DNA from: Pelagomonas calceolata
Lineage: Eukaryota
DNA length: 64,000 nucleotides
Assembly: GCA_918797485.1 (NCBI GenBank)
Contig: CAKKNE010000004.1
Span: forward strand, 3,596,001-3,660,000
Reading direction: 5' to 3'
In this document: positions 33,863 through 43,973 of the stretch, piece by piece
Layout: every line of letters starts with the position of its first letter
Numbering within the stretch: position 1 is the first letter of the stretch
Position numbers and translations under genes: made by a program
Notes under the pieces: generated by a model
What the model saw: the letters and a program-made list of their open reading frames with translations, nothing else
The model's database searches: none
Told to the model about the DNA's origin: nothing

Positions 33863-35341
33863 ATGAAGGTCCACAACCCCATGATCAGCTACCACTCATT
33901 GGAAGGAGGCAAGTCCGACCGCGTGATGGGCGTCGACGCGCACCCCGACGTTTGTCAAGGAGTTGTCGTCTTCGCGACGGTGGGAGGAGGCGGAAGCGGC
34001 GAGGTCCGGATTTGGAGCATTGCGCCGGGCGACGAGCAACCGAAATTTAGGTCAGCTTTGGCGAAGGGCCACGACGGCTCCGTGAATTGTGCCAGGTGGG
34101 CGCCCGACGGGTGTCGCCTCGCGAGCGCGGGCGACCGCGGGACGGTCTGTTTGTGGCGCGGTGGGAGCGACGCGGCCTGGTGGTGCGAGTTGGACGAGAA
34201 GAACGAAAGAGCGAGGTGCGACCATTTGAACCACGCGGACGACGTCTACGATGTCGCGTGGAGCCCGTGCGGCAAGTGGTTATTAACAGGAGCGATCGAT
34301 GGCGCGGCGACGGTCTGGGACACGTGCACGCGAAGGCCCGTCAAGGTATTGCGGGACCACGCCCACTACATCCAAGGCGTGTGCTGGGACCCTCTTGGTA
34401 GTTACTTGGCGACGGCGTCGTCGGACCGGTCGCTCAAGGTTTATGAATTACCCCCAAAATGGCACGCCTCGAAGAAGAACCTCAAGACGACGACCGTGCG
34501 GTGGTGGACGGACCCTCACGAAATTCCCCAGAAGAAGGGCAAGAAGACGGCTGAGGAACCCAAAGCGAAACCGAGGAGCGCCCTCTTCGCGTCGGAGACG
34601 GCGCACGCGTCGTTCTTTCGGAGGCTCTGTGCTTCGGCTGATGGGTCGCTCATCATAACGCCGGGCGCGGCCTCGAAAGATAACGCCAAGGGCAGCGTCA
34701 CTTTGTCTAGAACGCAGCTCGATCGGGGGCCGGTCTCATTCTTACCCTCGCCGGACGGCTCGGCGACGGCCTGTAGAGCGTGCCCCGCCCTCATTGAAGG
34801 TGGATCGAGTTCGCTCGTGGCGGTCTGCGCCCACGACGCGGTGGCGGTGTACGACGTCTCTTCCAATAGTCCACGCGCGCTCGCGTCGGGCCTGCACTAC
34901 GCCGCGCTCACGGACGCGGCCTGGGCCGCCGACGCGTCGCTCCTCATCGTCGCGTCGGCCGACGGCTACCTGTCCTTTTTACGGTTTGAGCCCGGGGATT
35001 TGGGGGCCAAGTGCGCCGCGCCGCCGCGCGTGCCGCTCCCGGCGGGGCTCGACGACCTGCCGCGCGCGCCGCCCGCTCCGCAAAAGGATGATGATGTCGT
35101 CCTCGTCGGCGTGACGCCGGCGCCACCCCAAGCGCCGTCGACGCCCGGCGGCGCGCCGGCGTCGCCCGCGGGGAGCGCCAAGAAGAAGAAGCGCATCGCG
35201 CCTACTTTATTAGCGCCGCCGACGCCCGTCAAGAGCCCGGCGAAGAGCCCGGCGAAGGAGCCCGCGCCCGAAGCTGATGCTGCGCCGCCGGCCAAAAAGA
35301 AGAAGCGGATCGCGCCGACGCTGCTGTCGGCGGTGCCGTAG
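33863..35341 (+). CDS. CHAF1B: Chromatin assembly factor 1 p60 subunit (WD40, two ASF1-binding B-domain-like motifs)
   Basis: HYIQGVCWDPLGSYLAT, SFFRRL, LHYAALTDAAW, ASADGY; KKKRIAPTLL occurs twice. Confidence 0.88.
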   Translation: MKVHNPMISYHSLEGGKSDRVMGVDAHPDVCQGVVVFATVGGGGSGEVRIWSIAPGDEQPKFRSALAKGHDGSVNCARWAPDGCRLASAGDRGTVCLWRGGSDAAWWCELDEKNERARCDHLNHADDVYDVAWSPCGKWLLTGAIDGAATVWDTCTRRPVKVLRDHAHYIQGVCWDPLGSYLATASSDRSLKVYELPPKWHASKKNLKTTTVRWWTDPHEIPQKKGKKTAEEPKAKPRSALFASETAHASFFRRLCASADGSLIITPGAASKDNAKGSVTLSRTQLDRGPVSFLPSPDGSATACRACPALIEGGSSSLVAVCAHDAVAVYDVSSNSPRALASGLHYAALTDAAWAADASLLIVASADGYLSFLRFEPGDLGAKCAAPPRVPLPAGLDDLPRAPPAPQKDDDVVLVGVTPAPPQAPSTPGGAPASPAGSAKKKKRIAPTLLAPPTPVKSPAKSPAKEPAPEADAAPPAKKKKRIAPTLLSAVP

Positions 35342-35777
35342 AGAGCCTGGGGTGTAACTTCCAAGTAAATGCAGTGGCTCAGGCTGGCTGCTCAGGCTAA
35401 TTACGTCCCACTACCCCTCCACGAGCGACGGATTGAGACATCAAAACGGGTTTTCCAGGGCGTTTTTGCGGCTTGCGGCGTAAGTCGGTACGCGACGGTT
35501 GTGATCGACTACGCGAGAGCTTACAATGGACCGAACTCTAGCCATCACAACGGTGTGCAATGTGTAGTAGAGAACTCTGACCAAGGCCACAACAGTGACA
35601 ACACTGGCAAATAAAAATAAGTTGAGTGATGCTGTGGCGGCTCCTCGGCCTCCTCGCCGGAGCGGTTTCACAACACATCAATAACGCAACTAAATCGTCC
35701 GGCACCGGCCGCGGTGGCGGGCGCGCCGCCGTCGCGCTCGTCGGCGGATTCAGCGATGCCCGTTCTGCGGCGGGGAC

Positions 35778-35880
35778 CCGTCGCCGGTGGACTGCTCGAA
35801 CGACGCGCGATCGCCGTCGCCGGTGGACTGCTCGAACGACGCTCGATCGCCGTCGCCGGTGGACTGCTCGAACGACGCGG
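35778..35880 (+). repeat. Three tandem 33-bp units
   Basis: ccgtcgccggtggactgctcgaacgacgc repeated three times. Confidence 0.9.
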
Positions 35881-35960
35881 CGATCGCCCTCGCGCTGTCG
35901 AGGAGTTGGGCGTAAGAACAATAGTAAATTAAAAACGGGTCGTCCGGCCGGCGGCGGCGC

Positions 35961-36445
35961 CTACTTGTGCGAGTCCTTCTCCTCGCCGTAGTCGACGGTC
36001 CGGCGCGGGCCCGGCGCGGGCCGCGAGAACTGCGCGCCCTTGAACTTGATGGCCTCGAGCTCGAGCTGGCGGCGCTCCTCGGCCTCGGCCATCTTGTTGT
36101 CGAGGTCCTTGGCCGTCAGCGGCTTCTTGGCCTTGCGCTCGCGCTCGCGGGCCAGCAGCCGCGCCTCGATGGGGTTCCGCGCGACGACGTCGTCGTCCTT
36201 GGACTCCTCGCGCGGCGGCCTGCGCGGCGGGTACGCGTCGCAATCGCTACGGCGGGGTCGGCACCGCCGCCGCGGCGCGTGTGTGTTGTGGTGGTGATGG
36301 CGCGGCGGTGGCGCGGCGGCACGGGGCTGCCCAGTGGTCGGGCAGCCCCAACCGGTATGCGCCGAGGCAGCCCCCGAAACCGTGCGTGGCGCGTCGACGG
36401 CGGCGACGCGATGTGCGTGTATCGTTTATACGCTGCCTCATGCAT
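35961..36445 (-). CDS. Small stathmin-like coiled-coil protein; main exon 35961-36219, first exon tentative
   Basis: After a cgcag acceptor the frame reads PPREESKDDD..KKPLTAKDLDNKMAEAEERRQLELEAIK..*, resembling the stathmin LEEIQKKLEAAEERR motif; not in the ORF track. Confidence 0.55.
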
Positions 36446-36831
36446 TTTTGTCGTTGCTTCGGTGCGGCCGGCGCTGCGCTTTGCGCTGTTGTCAACGGGC
36501 CTCTTGCCCGGACACGAGCGGGCGACCTCGGCGAGGCTTGAGGGGTGGCTTGAGGAATGGCATCAGTGACTTATGATATCCGGACGCGTAGAATTTCGCT
36601 AGTGTCTTTACAGGACGCTAGCCTTGGTTGCGGTGCTTTGGCGTCGCTCTCCCGGGCTGCGGAATCGGCCCTTGCTCGTTTTTTGGGCATCGCACGACGG
36701 AGCCGTACCAGCGATCACGACTCCAAGAGAAGGAAGCGCCAAGCCCACGAGCTCCCTGCCCGCAAGAGCTGCTGCCACAGCTCCACGCGGACCCCAGGGA
36801 CCACCGCGCCGCGCGCGGAGCAGGACCCAAG

Positions 36832-38853
36832 ATGGCCAAGCTCGTCATCATCTTGGTAGCGTCCGTCTCGACCTACACGCTGAGTCGGAGCTCCGTGCTG
36901 CCGAACCCGCCGCCGCAGCGGTCCTGCGCGGCCCTTAAAGCGACGGGCGGCGCCTCCGCGGAAGCGACGGCCGCGACACTTGTCGGGGAGGCCAACGCGA
37001 AACTCTTCGATGCCGCCACGCTCAAGGTCCTGGACTCGCTCGCGGCACTCGGCCAGGGCCACCTCTTCGACGGCTGGCCGGACGCGGGAAAGGACGACGC
37101 GGGCAAAAAAAAATTAGGAGAAGCTTTGCGGCGGACGGACGCGGCCTACGCCGGTGGGTTGCCTGCTTATGTGACCAAGGCACGGGCACTGCTCGAGGCG
37201 TCGCAACGTGGCGACAACCCGTTCGACGGGTTTTCTCCGTCCATACCTGATGGCGAGACGCTCACATTTGGAGGCCAGAAGATGGCGGCCATGGAGGAGG
37301 AGGGGTTGGTGGCTGCTCGGAAGACGGGCTTTGTGCTCGTGGCGGGAGGCCTGGGCGAGCGCCTCGGCTACGAAGGCATTAAATTAGAGTTACCGGTGGA
37401 GTTGGCCACGGGCAAGTCCTTTCTAGAGTTGTACGTCGACTACGTGCTGGCCGTGCAGGACCGAGCGCGGACGGATTCTGGGGATAATTCGTTGGTGATA
37501 CCTCTAGCTATCATGACTTCGGACGACACGGACGCGAAAACGAGAGAGCTGCTCAAGGAGAAGGGCGACTTCGGCGCGGCTCCGGGCCAGATCACGATCA
37601 TCAAGCAGGACAAGGTCGCGGCACTCCAAGACGCGACGGCTGCTTTAGCCCTCGATCCCAGTGATAGGTGGGAATTACTCACGAAGCCCCACGGCCACGG
37701 CGACGTCCACGCCCTCATGAAGACGTCGGGCACGGCCGACGAGTGGCTCCAGAAGGGCATCGAGCACGTCTTCTTCTTCCAGGACACGAATCCGCTTGTG
37801 TTGCATACCGTGTTACCGGCACTAGGTGTGTCTCGCTCAAGGAACTTCGCGATGAACTCCGTGTGCGTCCCTAGGAGAGGGGGCGAGGCCGCCGGAGCGA
37901 TTACGAAGTTGGCGTCTACTGATGGCGATTCATCAAAAGATTTAGTTATAAATGTGGAGTACAACCAGCTCGAGCCGTTGCTACTCGCAGCCACGGGCAA
38001 GGGCGACGTCAACGACGACTCCGGCTTCTCGCCCTACCCGGGCAATGCTAATGTGTTAGTACTCGGCCTGAAGGAGTACGTCCAGACCATCAACGGCAAG
38101 GATTCCGGAGTGGTGGATGAATTTGTGAACCCCAAGTATAAAGACGCCGCGAAGTGCGAGTTCAAGAAGCCCACTCGTCTAGAATGCATGATGCAGGACT
38201 ATCCTAAATTATTAAGGAGGGAGGTATCGTCCGCGAAGGTCGGCTTCACGACGTTCGAGCGCTTCGTGGCGTTTTCTCCGGCCAAAAATGATCTCGAGGC
38301 GGCGCGGTCCGCGTCGAAGCAGGGCGAGCCGCCGGGCGCCGCGGGCTCGTGTGAATATGAAGTGTATGCGGCGCACGCGTCGCGGTTGGGTCTGGCCGAG
38401 AAGGGCGTGTACAAGAAGACGCGGGACGTGTCCGGGTTGACGGGTTTATATGGAGGGCCGCGTATTGTATTATTACCGTCCTTCGCGCTGACGCAGGCCG
38501 ACGTCTCCAGTAAAGTCTCGGCTAACAGCCTGAAGCTCGCGGACGACGCGACCTTGGTGCTCGAGGGGCCGCACATTAGGATCGAGTCGCTTTCCCTGAA
38601 CGGGGGCCTCACGATCGTGAATGCGCGCGACGACGCGACGCTCGTCGTGCGCGACGCCGACGTGGCCAACGCCGGCATGGCTTTCACAGACATCGCCGAC
38701 GCGGACCTGCCCTCGTCAAAACCCTTCGAGAAGATCCGCGGCTACAAAGCTATCGACGAAGGGAGCCTCCGCGTAGAGGTGCCCGGGCCGGGGCACTGGG
38801 TGCTGACGGGCGCCGGGGAGCTGGAGAAGGTCGGGGACAAGGCGGAGCTATAG
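36832..38853 (+). CDS. USP: UDP-sugar pyrophosphorylase with N-terminal targeting peptide
   Basis: FVLVAGGLGERLGY, IMTSDDT, KPHGHGDVH, FFQDTN, NVEYNQL, TRLECMMQD. Confidence 0.92.
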   Translation: MAKLVIILVASVSTYTLSRSSVLPNPPPQRSCAALKATGGASAEATAATLVGEANAKLFDAATLKVLDSLAALGQGHLFDGWPDAGKDDAGKKKLGEALRRTDAAYAGGLPAYVTKARALLEASQRGDNPFDGFSPSIPDGETLTFGGQKMAAMEEEGLVAARKTGFVLVAGGLGERLGYEGIKLELPVELATGKSFLELYVDYVLAVQDRARTDSGDNSLVIPLAIMTSDDTDAKTRELLKEKGDFGAAPGQITIIKQDKVAALQDATAALALDPSDRWELLTKPHGHGDVHALMKTSGTADEWLQKGIEHVFFFQDTNPLVLHTVLPALGVSRSRNFAMNSVCVPRRGGEAAGAITKLASTDGDSSKDLVINVEYNQLEPLLLAATGKGDVNDDSGFSPYPGNANVLVLGLKEYVQTINGKDSGVVDEFVNPKYKDAAKCEFKKPTRLECMMQDYPKLLRREVSSAKVGFTTFERFVAFSPAKNDLEAARSASKQGEPPGAAGSCEYEVYAAHASRLGLAEKGVYKKTRDVSGLTGLYGGPRIVLLPSFALTQADVSSKVSANSLKLADDATLVLEGPHIRIESLSLNGGLTIVNARDDATLVVRDADVANAGMAFTDIADADLPSSKPFEKIRGYKAIDEGSLRVEVPGPGHWVLTGAGELEKVGDKAEL

Positions 38854-39102
38854 TTGGGGGCTAGTTTTAACGATCTTGACACGAAATAGATGCGCCGTCG
38901 CGGCCTTTGGATTTCGGCATTCGGCCTGCTCCCCCCTCGCAGTCGTCGCCTCCGTGCTAACACTCGGGGCGATGGCGTATGGGGGGCGGGGGCGGGGCGT
39001 TCGTTTAGCAGGCCCCACGGCGGCTTCGCGGCTAGGTGGCCTAGCTCTAAGCAAAGCAGAGACACGAAATATATACGTTATACCACGGGTACACAGGGGA
39101 AG

Positions 39103-42100
39103 TCACGACGGCGGCATCGTGAAGGGCGCCGGGCCGTCGCCGTTCTCCGGTTCCGAGCGGCCGAAGCCCGGGCCGATGCTGGCCGGCGGCGTCGCCGACA
39201 CGGCCGGCGCCCGGCCGTTCGAACGGTAGGGTTGATCTAACGCTGACGGCGGCAGGGCGAAGCCATTCGTAGAAGAACGGCCGAAGCCCGGCCCGACGGT
39301 GAAGACGTGGCCGTTCGCCGGGAAGACGTGGCCGTGCGGCGGCGGCGCCAGCGAACTCGAGACGGGCGCCGTGCGCCGCGCGAGCGTCGGCACCGGTTGA
39401 CTGTTGGCCCGCGGGATGTTCGGCTGGGCCCGGCCTCGATACGCGTACGCCGGGTTCCGCGGATCGAACACCGCGTCGTCCCTAGCTTTCGCGGCCGCCT
39501 CCAGATCGTCGAAGAAGCCCACGCTAATACCTTGTAAATCCTGCGCGCGCCACTGCTGGGCCCCGCGGTCCCAGTGCACACCTCTATAATTGCCGTGGAT
39601 ACCCTTGGCGTCCTTGCGGTCGACCCACTCTGTCAGAGGGTAGCGCTCCGCGTAGGCGGGCCGCGCGTAGCGCGTCCCGAGCTTCTGGGTGGACGCCGTT
39701 ACCAATGAATTGGCAGCGACGAGCTCCAGTAAGGCCTGGTCCTGGGCCCGCTTGTCGCCCTTGTGGCCGAAGAGGTCCGTGGTTTGGGCCCAGCCCGCGC
39801 CGTCGACCCTTTCCAGGGCCCTGCCCTTGCGCTCCTCGACGAGCGACCGCCGCGCGTCGCGCCTTTCCTCGAGTGCCTTCGCGACGGCCGCCGTCCGAGC
39901 CGCTCGGAGTCCCTTCACCTCCTGCCAGCGTAAGGCGACAGATGGGCCCGGGATCAAGGCATTCTGGTCATCCAGCACTTCGATCGTCCCGTCGCCCGCT
40001 AAACAGCCCAGTACATCCCGGATAAGTTCCCGCTCGGATCTCGTCGGGAACAAGTAGCAGACGTGGCCCTGCGTCCTAGGTCTTCCTCTACAATCGTAGC
40101 CCAGCCGGCACATGCGGCCCGGCTCGAAGCGGTTCCGCGGCACGACGGGGCAGGCCGTGTCGTCGATGGCGTAGCCCGACGCCGGGTCGTGCAGCAGGGC
40201 TTGCACGATACCCGATGAAGCCTTCGCCGCCAGTGACAACGCCGCCGCGTTCCGCGCCTGGACGCGCGTCGTCCTAAGTTGTTTCACTGCATCTAGTAAC
40301 GACCCAGCATCATAGCGCGCGTCGTGCTTATCTTCAGAAGTGTATGAGGTCCCTCCCGGCGCTAGTACTAATTCGCCGTCCTCTATCAACGCCTCCAGTG
40401 CCGCCGCGACGGCGCGCGGCCGGTGGATCACGCCGTCTAGGATACGCTTGGCCACGCCCCTAAACCCGCCCGTCTCGCCCGAGGGCGCCGCGTGCCGCGA
40501 CCCGTGGAACTGGAGGCGGATCCTGAAGCGCGGCGCGCCCTCCGTCCCAAACTCGTCGCCAGAACCGCAATCTAACAGTTCTTGTACTAAAATAGACCGT
40601 ACCGATTTAAGGATCTCCTTCCGCTTATTGTCGTCAATGTCCTCGCCACCGTCGCCGGCGCCGACCTTCGCCGAGCACTCCTCGAAGAGCGTCTTGTTGC
40701 GCGCGTCCACTTCACTCAAATCCAAGGGCTCGAACGTCTGGATCGGTGGCGGCTGCAGGGCGTCCTCGGCGCCCAAGCGGTCGGTACAAGCTTTCGAGCA
40801 CCGGATATAACACGCCATGGCTTGACTCGGCGCGCCGAGCGCGAGGTACCGCCGCGACTCCCCTACGACGACGACATCGCTAGGCAAGCAGTCCTCGCAG
40901 AAGGCCTTGACGCACCCTTCGCATCGAAATAACATGCCGCCCGCGGCGGAGGTAGATTTAGCACATACCGAGCACGCGTGCTGCGGGCACTGCCACGTCG
41001 CATTGTGAGCTTCCTTGCCGGACGCGCCGTTGACCGCGCATTTCGAGTGTAAGGCAACGGGGCACAAGCGACACTTTTTGACCTTATCATTACAGGCGCC
41101 GTGGCAGGCCAAGCACCGGTCGTCGTGCTTGTAGTCGCGACCGGCCACAATCATCCTCCGATGTTGCACGGCGAACCGGCCCTTGTCCTGGCCCTTCAAT
41201 TCCCTCGCAAAGACCGACGCCTCGCCGTTCTCGAGGTCGTACGCGTTCTCGCCGAGCACCGGCACGAGCCCGATCTCGGACTCGACGAGCTGCACCCTTT
41301 GTTTGCGTTCTCGCTTGTCCGGCATCCTAGCGAGCGCTTCCGTCCAGGCGGACGCCACGTCGGCCATCGATTGTGGAGCCGCGTCGACCCTTAACCCAAA
41401 TAAATTCCGCGTGTCGATCGCCTCCGTGGTCGCGTCGAAGTCCGACGCGTTGTGCGTTTGCTCGCCCTTGAGGTTTCCTACTGACGTCGTCTCCGTCCTG
41501 GAACGGTCGACAATCGCATCTAAGTCCGCGTCGGACGGCTCCGCTTGATTCTTAGAATCAAATATAGCAGCAGCACCGAACTTGACCATAGACAAAACTT
41601 CTGAAGCCGTCATGGACTCCTGCTGCTGGTTCTGGTCGTCGCCCCTATTGACGACTTCGCTCAGGTACAGCTTCTTCTGGGACCTCTGCAAGACGCGCTC
41701 CTCGGCCGTGCCGGCCGCACACAACCGATAGACATGCACGGTCTTCGTCTGGCCCAATCGATGGACCCGCGCCATGGCCTGCAAGTCGGCCTGCGGGTTC
41801 CAGTCCGAATCGTACAAGACACACGTGTCCGCCGACTGGAGATTGATGCCTAACCCGCCCGCTCGCGTCGTCATCAAAAATAAGAATAACGGAGAACACT
41901 CCTCATTAAAGGCCTTGACGTTGATGGTGCGTCTCACCCGATTCGTCGCGCCCGTCAACCGACAGAACGGCCAGCCCCTTAACCGACAGTAATCATCTAG
42001 GACGTCGACCATGGCGGCGAACTGACTGAAGACCACCACCCGATGCTTCGCTTTGTGCAACTTCACCAGGAGTCGATCCAACACCCGCAACTTGCCCGAC

Positions 42101-43515
42101 GCGGCCACGAGTTCCTCCAGCGTCGTCTCATCTGGATTTCCCTCCGCGTCAGCAAATAAAAAAGGATGGCAGCACGTCTTTCTCAGCTGCATGAGTAGAT
42201 TTAATAGAGACTTGTAGGCGCCGCCCGAGCCTTTCGCTTGGTCATCCTTTTCTACTCTAGCTAAAGCCCCGTGGTCCTTGAGCAGTAAAGCTCGGTACCA
42301 AAATAATTGTTGCGTCGCGAGGGGGCAGCTCACGACCGTTTCGAGCTTCGGCGGTAGGCCTCGCTCGACGTCCGTCTTCAATCTTCTTAACATTAACTTT
42401 GCCAATAGTTTTTGTGCGGCTTGGAGCATGGACTTGTCCACAACACCCTTGCCTAAGTCATACGCCTTGTCGAAGGGCGTTCGGTCCGGCAACGCCTCGG
42501 GATGCAGGAAATTCAGCAACGCCCACAGCTCGCTGAGGTTGTTCTGCAGCGGCGTCCCCGTCAGCAGCAACACGGAACAGAAGTGCATCTTGCGCACCGT
42601 CTGTGCGATCTCGGTGTCGATGTTTTTTATCACATGACCCTCATCCAACACCAAAACTCTCCACACGACCTTCTGGACGAGGGCCGTTCGTAATGAGGCG
42701 TTCTTGGCCATCTCGTACGTCGTGACGACGACGTTGTACTCGCCGCAGTTTTCGAGGACTTCCTTCCTCAATCGATCTCGCTCGCCGACGTCCGACGAGT
42801 GCAAGCGTAAGACTCGTAACTCGGGACACCACCGCTTCAGTTCATTGGTCCAGGTCGAGAGCACCGACAAAGGACACAGCACGAGCGACGCGCCCTCGAG
42901 CTTCTTCTCGAAGCGCAGCCACGCCAAATACGCAATAGTTTGTAATGTTTTTCCTAAACCCATCTCGTCGCCCAATATAGAAGGGACGAAGCCGCAGCGC
43001 TCGTGGCGGTCGGCGAGCCAGTCGAGCGACTGGAGCTGGTAGTCCCTTAATTCAGCTTTGATGGCCTCGGGCTGGACGAGGACGCGCGCGACTCTATCAG
43101 GTAGTGGCTGGGCCTTTTTCGTCAGAGCGTCGAGGTCTTTGCTTGACGTGAAGGGCTCTAAACAACTCCGGTGCGCGGCGTAGAAGGCCGCGCGCGGCGC
43201 TTTTGCGGCCGCGAGCTCCTTGCGCAGCTGCGCGTTGAGGCGTTGGCGCGCGGCCTCGCCTCCACTCGGAGTGGTCTTCCGTTTTTTAGGAGCTGCACCT
43301 TTGGGAGAAGCTCTACGCTTCGGAGGCGGCGGCGCGTCGACCCTCGGCTTCTTGCGGCGCTGGCCGCGGCCCGCGCCCGTCGAAGGGCGGGGGGCCTCGC
43401 AGGCGGCGCACGCCGTCGCCGCGGGCTGGTTAAATAAAGTGCAGGCGGCGCAGGCCCACTGGTCGCCGGGCGGCCGCAGCGTCGTCAGGATGGTGGGCTT
43501 GGCGGCGGGGTCCAT
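39103..43515 (-). CDS. SNF2-family chromatin remodeller with RanBP2 Zn finger, PHD-like fingers and C-terminal AP2-like domain
   Basis: WACAACTLFN; LGDEMGLGKTLQ, DEGH, TGTPLQNN, TRAGGLGINL, SDWNPQ, RVHRLGQ; CPQHACSVC; YRGVHWD..WRA..GFFDDLEAAAKARD. Confidence 0.9.
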   Translation of the reverse strand: MDPAAKPTILTTLRPPGDQWACAACTLFNQPAATACAACEAPRPSTGAGRGQRRKKPRVDAPPPPKRRASPKGAAPKKRKTTPSGGEAARQRLNAQLRKELAAAKAPRAAFYAAHRSCLEPFTSSKDLDALTKKAQPLPDRVARVLVQPEAIKAELRDYQLQSLDWLADRHERCGFVPSILGDEMGLGKTLQTIAYLAWLRFEKKLEGASLVLCPLSVLSTWTNELKRWCPELRVLRLHSSDVGERDRLRKEVLENCGEYNVVVTTYEMAKNASLRTALVQKVVWRVLVLDEGHVIKNIDTEIAQTVRKMHFCSVLLLTGTPLQNNLSELWALLNFLHPEALPDRTPFDKAYDLGKGVVDKSMLQAAQKLLAKLMLRRLKTDVERGLPPKLETVVSCPLATQQLFWYRALLLKDHGALARVEKDDQAKGSGGAYKSLLNLLMQLRKTCCHPFLFADAEGNPDETTLEELVAASGKLRVLDRLLVKLHKAKHRVVVFSQFAAMVDVLDDYCRLRGWPFCRLTGATNRVRRTINVKAFNEECSPLFLFLMTTRAGGLGINLQSADTCVLYDSDWNPQADLQAMARVHRLGQTKTVHVYRLCAAGTAEERVLQRSQKKLYLSEVVNRGDDQNQQQESMTASEVLSMVKFGAAAIFDSKNQAEPSDADLDAIVDRSRTETTSVGNLKGEQTHNASDFDATTEAIDTRNLFGLRVDAAPQSMADVASAWTEALARMPDKRERKQRVQLVESEIGLVPVLGENAYDLENGEASVFARELKGQDKGRFAVQHRRMIVAGRDYKHDDRCLACHGACNDKVKKCRLCPVALHSKCAVNGASGKEAHNATWQCPQHACSVCAKSTSAAGGMLFRCEGCVKAFCEDCLPSDVVVVGESRRYLALGAPSQAMACYIRCSKACTDRLGAEDALQPPPIQTFEPLDLSEVDARNKTLFEECSAKVGAGDGGEDIDDNKRKEILKSVRSILVQELLDCGSGDEFGTEGAPRFRIRLQFHGSRHAAPSGETGGFRGVAKRILDGVIHRPRAVAAALEALIEDGELVLAPGGTSYTSEDKHDARYDAGSLLDAVKQLRTTRVQARNAAALSLAAKASSGIVQALLHDPASGYAIDDTACPVVPRNRFEPGRMCRLGYDCRGRPRTQGHVCYLFPTRSERELIRDVLGCLAGDGTIEVLDDQNALIPGPSVALRWQEVKGLRAARTAAVAKALEERRDARRSLVEERKGRALERVDGAGWAQTTDLFGHKGDKRAQDQALLELVAANSLVTASTQKLGTRYARPAYAERYPLTEWVDRKDAKGIHGNYRGVHWDRGAQQWRAQDLQGISVGFFDDLEAAAKARDDAVFDPRNPAYAYRGRAQPNIPRANSQPVPTLARRTAPVSSSLAPPPHGHVFPANGHVFTVGPGFGRSSTNGFALPPSALDQPYRSNGRAPAVSATPPASIGPGFGRSEPENGDGPAPFTMPPS

Positions 43516-43530
43516 CTGTTCCTCTGCCTC

Positions 43531-43610
43531 GGCGCTGCAAATGACAGGCGAATAAGGCACCAATGCCTGTCTCTAGGCGCTGCAAGCGCGGCCGAATAAG
43601 GCACCAATAG
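43531..43610. repeat. ~45-bp tandem duplication upstream of the SNF2 gene
   Basis: ggcgctgcaa..cgaataaggcaccaat occurs twice. Confidence 0.75.
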
Positions 43611-43973
43611 GTTTGGCCTCTCTGGGCCGAATCAGTGCCGCGGGGCGCAAATAACTGCAACAGACCAACTCTCCGGGCTGCGAAAGTACGGAACGCTTCG
43701 AAACAAGTTATTTGGCTCACGCTCGTCGCGGATGCGAAGAGCGCAAACTCGCGTCGCGGAGATGCTGCTCTGCGAACCCGAACTTTTGGTTTTGTGCGCC
43801 GGACCGTTTCAGGCCTCCAACCCTCTCATTGGACGCCCGAGAGGCATGCTGGGCTCCACTCGAGCAGCGGAGGACTGGCATGTCGACATGCTGCAGCAGC
43901 ACAATCAGCTTTAATGATGTGTCCGCACACCAGGCCAACGACGGCCTACCAATGCTGAAATGACTCACGAAAG

